From Phoronis australis (Eukaryota > Animalia > Phoronida): DNA of 64,000 nucleotides. Location of the stretch: the NCBI GenBank assembly GCA_002633005.1, contig NMRA01000269.1:345169-409168 (forward strand). Reading direction: 5' to 3'. Below the pieces are notes generated by a model that searched no databases, was not told where the DNA came from, and saw nothing but the letters and a program-made list of their open reading frames with translations. Numbering within the stretch: the stretch's first letter is position 1; each line of letters begins with the position of its first letter. Of this stretch, positions 57,501-64,000 are shown one piece after another. Both the position numbers and the translations under genes were made by a program.

Positions 57501-60500
57501 TACTCCTCAATGAAATTTATAGGGCAATAAAATTGTATTATGAGCAATTAATAAGATCTTATGTAGACAACCAAAGGAAAATGAAGATGTTAAAAGCGCA
57601 AAAATAGTGGCAAACATGAAAGATGTGTAATGCAGGCCGCGAGTATATGAAGTAAACAAATTTGTACCTTGACAAATCTTCTTTGGACAAGGGACTGGGA
57701 GCCTTCTTACCCTGAAATAGTTGGCATTGAATGTCAATTAACTTGAAATGTCACAGTTTATAAACAACGCAACACGACCTAGACACAGGACCAATTATTG
57801 CGAGAAAAACAAAGCAAAATACATGAATTTAGCGCATCGTCTCTCCGATTGGAGTGACAACATATTATAATACTCATATTTGAACCAATGCAGGTTTCAA
57901 CTTGATCTTTTTCATAATCATGAGATTTACTTAAGATTAAAAGGCGCCCAAGTATCACACCAAACAATACAATATATTACGATACAATACAACACAATAC
58001 AACACAATACAACACAATACAATTCTCCTTAGGTTTAACTTTCGCACTGATAACTTCTGCACCAAACAAAAGAAACTATCATTAGTCCATCCTCGCCAAT
58101 TACTAAAACACTCCCATGATAACCTAGAGGTTTTGCAGGTGTAAATGACGCTTCTTGTCACCCATTTCAGGTAAGGCGGTGACTTGGTGCAATAAGCCAG
58201 CAGGAGGTACTGCACTAGACTTGGTGACATAACGCACACACGCACGCACTCAGCCATGGCAAAATGTTCACCGTATTTCATAACTTTGCTACACAAGTCA
58301 ACAACACATTTTGTATCGTTAGTGTGCTAATTAAGGTTAATGTATTGCGAGTTTAGTAAGAACATGAATGTTACTCAGTTCACCCCACCCCCTCCAAATA
58401 TTTAAAATGACAAAAAGGTAAAAGAATTTTCAGTCACCATTTTTAAAAGAACTTTAATCAATGAAACAAAATGCAACTCAAACACTATAAATAGTAATAA
58501 TAAAATAAAATAATAATAATAATAACAATAGCATCAACAATAAACGTAACTATCACAAATAGTGCTGTCCTCGAGACAGTTCTCCGATCACTGGTAAAGG
58601 CAAATTTGTTTTATTAGCGTATTTGGACTTCATGCTGGGAAACAAATAAGGACTTTCTGGTGCCTAAAACTTATATTTTCTTTCTGAAATGTTCACGCTT
58701 TTTGTCGGAATCTAGGGGTCAAGGGTCAAGCAGCTGCTGCCACTGATCCCTGGCTAAAATGTGCCGATGACTTACCGCATCTTCGTCTTCGGACTCACTC
58801 AGCTCAAGGTCTTTATATAGCCTATGGATAGAATACCAAGTTTGTTGTTACTTCAGCACATCGCTAGCGCGACACCACAGCAAGAAGGTGTACAAATGTG
58901 AACACTAGTTGACCGTGTATCATCCTAGCTTTGATCAGTTACGGGAATGGGAAGTATAGATTAATTACAGCTAGAATGAACTCTGACGGCCTTATGCCAG
59001 ATTTTCACGAGTGCACGTTGCGGCTAGTGAGAAAGCTCAATCGCGGACAAACTACCTTCACAACTCTTGTCAAACGGGTAGATTTAACTGCAGAGTCGTG
59101 ATACTGCCCTGCAGAAGGAACGGCAAATCCACTCCTTAGAAAACAATCGCTACAGGTGTTATGACAGGTAAGAGACAATATGCCAAAGTGCCAATCAACT
59201 ACCCAGTCTGCTATTCTATCCAGAGAATGGATTGCTACAAAGTGAGGATTCCCATGTCACTGGGACTGAGGAGTCGGTGGGAAAGGTCGTGGGAGTAGAA
59301 ATGGAGTTTCGACAGGGCAAAATGTCCTGGTGGGAAAGCAGCATTATGTTTGGTAGCTACACGTGGATTGTACAATTATGACTGAGTAACAGTCGAAACA
59401 TTCTCCAGACAACCACATGAGGTGTGACAGGTACGCATAATGACTAACTGAATGATAGGAAACGAAGACAGGAAGACATCGTTGTCATTTAGAAATCTAA
59501 GTAGGTGATGACATTAATTGGTTCAGAAAAATGTGACAAGGTTTTTGTTTTCATTGAGACACTTAAGTTTTAGTAGAAGAACGTTTATTACTAAGTATCA
59601 ATGAAAATTTGAATAATTTGTAATTGACGATACCAGAAGAACTCAAAAATATAAAACACCAATAAATTTGATGTTTTCGTGATTCTTCCATTTCAGACAG
59701 CCGACATTTCAAGTTTGAGCTAAAGAAAGCAATAAACATATCACAGTATCAAATAGAGAGAATGAATATCATGAAAAGTAAATTCTCAACAAAAATAACC
59801 ACTTGGGTCATTCAGTACTTAAAGAAACAAGATATTCACTGTTTTCCTACAAGTACATGCTGGTAGACTATATGTAGTTGTAATATTAAAATAGCAAGCT
59901 CTGTCAACATTATACTGGTTGTTCAGTATTCCCAATTGCAGAATCCAAGAAATTTTGCAGGGGTCCTTTAACACGAAATAATTCCACCAATCTGTTGTAT
60001 GCCTATGCTATCAAGAATCCCACCAAATTCTGTTAACCCCATTGGCAGGTCTTGAAACTGCATCGCTCAGACTGATAAAGATCTGCTTTCCAACGTCCCG
60101 AAATTACTACCATTGGATAAGAACAGTCTGGCATGGAATTTTTGACTAAATAAACCTCAAACTTGAGAATAAATTTTTCCCGAATTAATCCTGCAAAATC
60201 TGATAAAACCAAGAACTGCTTCAAATTTGTGTCCCATTGCAAAAAAAACACTAGGATTATTTAGAGCAATAATCACAGTTTTGTTTTCACCATCCATGAC
60301 AAATAAGCCCCAAACTGCAGGGAACAATCAAGAGACAGATCTGTAACTCACACATAGAGATAAACATGAGGGGAAATGTGTTAAGTTTTCATTTGCATAT
60401 AAACACCACATAGTGTTAAGACGGCCATTTTGCATCGAACACAGAGTGTGAGGACAAACTTGAATATTCTGAGAATAAATCTGTTTTGAGAACAGTAGCT

Positions 60501-63500
60501 GAATAAATGCACAGATATCAGTCAAGAAAATTAGAGCAACTCATACACAACTTCAGGGAAGGAAAGTTGTTTTGTCTTTGCCTGCAGTGAATTAAGATGG
60601 CCGAATTTTCAATATTCTGGCCTGCAACAAAAAGTGAAATGCACCTCAAGCGTATTTTTATAACTGTAACTAAAACAACTTCAGCAGCAATACAATCAGC
60701 TGGAATTCTGTTAATAAAACACTGGAATTCATAAGTTACTTTGTAAATGGTAAATGAATGTGTAATGATGCACTTAATAGAGGACAAGAATCAATTATGA
60801 CAAATGTCAATAAGGTCACTCACCCTCCTGTCTTGCTCTTGTTTGGTGGCTCCACCTCATGGAGAGAATCTGGAAACAACCAAAACATCATAAGTACATA
60901 TGATCATAAGTAGGAATCTTTCATCAAGTGTAAATTCAGTGGAAAGTTGAGAATGGTTTATACCGAGGTTGAAGACTCATATAACAACCTGAAAGATTGT
61001 GCGAGTGAAAACCCAGTCTATTGCATAATGAACTCAATCGATCAAAATATCTACTACGTACAACCAGCATCTAATATTCTAAGAAGCAAATAAAAAGATC
61101 TCCAAATTTCTACAGGAAATGCAACAACTGGTGGCGTTGCAAGCAGCATACACAATTCAGCACGACTGCAATAGATCCACTTGTACTGTCAATCCAACAT
61201 AATGCCACCAACTCAGATTTGATAACGACAATATACCTAGCAAGACATGGAACACCTTGAATAACATTTTAGCACGAATATAGCCCAGGTGCACAAAACA
61301 TCTGTGCTGGGGTAAACAGCTGGACATGCCATTCCTGCATCACCCTTCCTAGAACACCTGCAAAAACTACTCTCAGCTGAACAACACCGAGCCAGGACAC
61401 CACAAGACATGGTGCTGAAAACTTTTATTAAGAACCATGTCCAAACCCAGGGTGTGCGTTTAAAATGTGCCTCAGTTTTTTCAAGTAATCTGCTAGTTAA
61501 AATACCCAAGCAGAGCCGTCTTGAAAAGCTCCAATTGCTTTTCTTGGCTAGATTCATACAGTAATTATAGCAAACTCAACTTGACATATTTTACTTATCA
61601 AGGCAAGTGACCTTTTAATGTCAATCATATTCCATACATATTAACCCGTCCTTTTTCCATACAAGTCATTTGGAATAAACGTATTAAAGTAAAAAAAAAT
61701 AAAAAAAACTGCGAGAATCTAAACGGAAATGTACACACTAACGGGAAACGTGAAATGCAAATTATTGGAGTGCATGAAATTTTAATAGGCATACAAAATG
61801 CCGGGACAGGTATTGGAGAAAATGCTTTCACGTGATAAAGTGAAGTGATATTTAAGAAATTCGTTTATTATAGAATAGGTACTGAATAAAGAATTACTAA
61901 GAAAATACATCGTTGTCAACCTCAGCACAAAGCTAAGGTGTTGGCACAATACAGTGAGTTCAAAATTGAAACAAAAGTGCAAACTAGTATTATGAGAGAC
62001 AAAATCAGATCTTTTCTGGCAGTTGAAGAATGGAAAGGTGTATAACTAAATGTTGAACAGAGCTCGATATAAGTGAGAAGACGGTCGAAAGTTCAAGCAA
62101 AAAATAAAATGCGAGTAGGAAATTGGTCTCACTCGTATTATTCTAACGGAAGCGAAACGGATGTCTAACACCCTTTTTTGATCATCACTTTGTACAAGTG
62201 CAAATCTGTAAATCAGAGTGCAGAATGTGCCGTCACTCGTAGTCTCCAACGAGCATTTCCGCCTGTGTCGAGCGCTGTTGATGTAGAGTTGTAGATTCAC
62301 GGTCAGGAGAAAAACGATACGAAGAATAACGAGGTCTCACACCGTCATCAGATGTCTTATAGTAATTTGCAAGTGATAATGATGTAAACCCTACACTCCA
62401 GTTACCTAACAAGGAATTTGCAGAAAAACAACTGCGTAACACGCAATAAAAAATCTGCTCAGTCAGGAATTGTAACCATGGCAACAGAAGAATTACCGAT
62501 TACTGCCACTATATTCAGGCCAGAGACTATTGGTATAGATCAGTTGTAGATGCAGGTACATGACCAACATCAGCTCTCCTGTTACTGATCACAATATATG
62601 TAACTGCCATTTCTGGAGACATGCTCAATGTCACATGTAACGGCAATCCATTAGGGAAATGTTATGGCAAAGATAACACACACACCTAACTGGATACTTT
62701 TTATTAGAATAGTTTAAAACATAAGGGTTTGTTAAACTATTACGGCAAACACCTCAAAACGCATAATTGTGATTTTTGAAGACTTGGTCACCTGCGAACA
62801 TGTCTAGTAAAAATTTATCTAGGGCAGCACGGTGATGTCCTTAAAGGAGAAAATGATAACTAAAACAAAACCAGCTCTGGAGCCCTTGTATCTCGTTAAA
62901 GTTGTTTTAATCCGCGCAATTCTACTTGCAACAAAAAAATAAAACCTTTGGCTTCTTAACTACAAGTATTTGGCAGTTGTGAGGCATTTCTATCAGCGAG
63001 GACTGAAGGTCAACTTTACCATACAATGCTTTCTAAACCTGCCACGATGCATAGATCTACTTTTCAGAATTTCTTTAAAAAAGATACAATCAGGTATTAG
63101 CTACAACACTAACCACGTCACGCCAGCCCGTCTCTTGTCAGCAAGGAAAATGGTATGTTAAGTGTTTCATTACAATTTGAACAAACAGTTTGATCAGTGT
63201 TGAGTTATCCTGTAGCTGTGACAGCTAGGCTTTCCGTTAAAATGATTCAGACTGGAAACTTGAACACCTGACAATGTAATTGAGGAAACGATGCCGCCTA
63301 TGAAAAGTTCACACTTCAACAAACTACAAATAATTTCAGAGGATTTTTGTGCATGTAATCGCTTTCCTTAATTTCCATGAAATTCAATTTGGACTGTAAA
63401 GTAGGTCAAGCATAAGTAATTAGGTTGTGCTTGTGTTAATGGGAGAAACTCTATCAGTAGTTATGAAGCAATATCCACGACATCAAAGAAAAACAGCACG

Positions 63501-63781
63501 AAACCTCAGAAAAAAATCCTTTCTGGTGAGGAAATCACAAACAGATGGCAATCATTGGCCTGGTTGCCACAATGCTTTTTGTCATTAACGAAACACCTTC
63601 CCCACCTCCATTCTAGCTACTACCCCCAGCCCCAACATCTTGACTGACTAACATAGGCAGATAGAGTACACATAACCACTGAATCACATATCACTTCCAG
63701 CACCATACAGGAAGAGTCCATTGTCAACAGTACTGAGTTAAGAGGCTTACCTTTATGAAACAGCTTGCTGGGGTGCTTGTC
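45412..63781 (-). CDS. AFF4: AF4/FMR2 family member (AFF1/AFF4/lilliputian-like super-elongation-complex scaffold), multi-exon, 5' part outside window
   Basis: KDLELSESED (ALF region), Ser/acidic tract followed by WSL, AF9/ENL-binding IVVKLDLQLV, and C-terminal homology domain (ALKHEADA, LEAILSFIMC, ISVPQRIH, YWEQAD, FFADVDNQCGKL); all junction phases consistent. Symbol is family-level; one-to-one orthology not established. Confidence 0.9.
46298..46487 (-). CDS. AFF4: AFF exon (GSFNG...ISVPQRIH...YWEQADM)
   Basis: ctgcag acceptor, G|gtgaga donor. Confidence 0.9.
47046..47297. mobile_element. Harbinger-like MITE
   Basis: TIR aggccccttccaagaaaatgactta / taagtcagttttcttgcaacgagcccct. Confidence 0.65.
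47862..48138 (-). CDS. AFF4: AFF exon (HYSRYR...LQVLGLRLHAFITHRLYKIK...SPSPSPGSTGSQ)
   Basis: tacttcag acceptor, CAG|gtaaga donor. Confidence 0.9.
48522..48661 (-). CDS. AFF4: AFF exon (SGGVSKMIKCLEAILSFIMC...MYEGTMRLI)
   Basis: ctccag acceptor, TC|gtaagc donor. Confidence 0.9.
48746..49028. mobile_element. Harbinger-like MITE
   Basis: TIR gacctatttcatgaaa / tttcatgaaacagacc; internal inverted pair agaaatttggtctt / aagaccaaatttct. Confidence 0.65.
49784..50183 (-). CDS. AFF4: AFF exon (SSSKEVKRES...ALKHEADAM)
   Basis: tagtag NAGNAG acceptor (50183/50180), ATG|gtaagg donor. Confidence 0.88.
51154..53015 (-). CDS. AFF4: AFF large central exon (WSLKNFM...IVVKLDLQLV...KEKEK)
   Basis: 632-aa ORF; ttctttcag acceptor, CA|gtgagt donor. 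Confidence 0.92.
53403..53646 (-). mobile_element. MITE, CAGGGCTT-TIR family (subfamily 2)
   Basis: Reverse-complement homolog of 16304-16542; 6-bp TSD attact. Confidence 0.8.
53759..53921 (-). CDS. AFF4: AFF Ser/acidic exon (SDSKAP...SSESSDGEESSSDSSED...EEPPTS)
   Basis: ttgtag acceptor, TCG|gtatgt donor. Confidence 0.88.
57668..57711 (-). CDS. AFF4: AFF 44-nt exon (GKKAPSPLSKEDLS)
   Basis: tatttcag acceptor, AG|gtacaa donor; supplies the required phase 0-to-2 bridge. Confidence 0.7.
57964..58022 (+). repeat. (ACAAT/ACAAC)n pentanucleotide microsatellite
   Basis: acaatacaac repeats visible. Confidence 0.85.
58776..58821 (-). CDS. AFF4: AFF 46-nt exon (LYKDLELSESEDEDA)
   Basis: tccatag acceptor, GCG|gtaagt donor; resembles the AFF DLKLSSSED motif. 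Confidence 0.85.
60824..60869 (-). CDS. AFF4: AFF 46-nt exon (SLHEVEPPNKSKTG)
   Basis: tttccag acceptor, GG|gtgagt donor, phase 1-2 fits. Confidence 0.75.
63751..63781 (-). CDS. AFF4: AFF 31-nt exon (DKHPSKLFHK)
   Basis: gttttttcag acceptor, AAG|gtaagc donor, phase 0-1 fits. Confidence 0.75.
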
Positions 63782-63896
63782 CTGAAAAAACAAGATAAAA
63801 TTGTAGATGTACAGACAGTAAAGTCATGTCATTACTACAAACAATGTCATGATCACAGACAGGAAGTGAGACTGGTCACCTTAATGTCATCTTAGG

Positions 63897-63941
63897 CGGG
63901 GGGGGGGGGGNNNNNNNNNNNNNNNNNNNNNNNNNNNNNNN
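63897..63941. other. Poly-G run followed by assembly gap (N 63911-63941)
   Basis: Visible in sequence. Confidence 0.95.
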
Positions 63942-64000
63942 CTAAATTTGCAAAAAAAAACCGCCCCGAGTCGGAGGCCATATCACTGATAACATCCACT

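Overview
Eukaryotic, intron-rich animal genomic DNA, most likely from a heterozygous marine invertebrate (lophotrochozoan is my inference). It holds two convergent genes, both incomplete at their 5' ends. On the + strand is furry/FRY(L), with about 37 exons traced from 175 to the stop at 38524. On the - strand is an AF4/FMR2-family gene (AFF/lilliputian), with 11 exons traced from 63781 down to the stop at 45412. Two apparent tandem duplications (12826-17716 vs 18490-23312, and 39306-41522 vs 41524-43732) are each joined by a single N and look like the two haplotypes assembled head to tail. Introns carry a tRNA-derived SINE, a LINE 3' fragment, CAGGGCTTGGAAT-terminated MITEs with 6-bp TSDs, Harbinger/pogo-like MITEs, a Helentron/HINE-like element and a Penelope-like inverted repeat. 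The most interesting observations concern splicing: a candidate 6-nt neural-type microexon in FRY with RBFOX sites, a candidate NAGNAG coding/poison microexon, a tandemly triplicated 3' splice site whose upstream decoys lead to stops, four consecutive AFF mini-exons, and a candidate alternative terminal exon giving a short AFF isoform. I see no evidence of a wholly new biological system. All calls were made by eye, without database searches.
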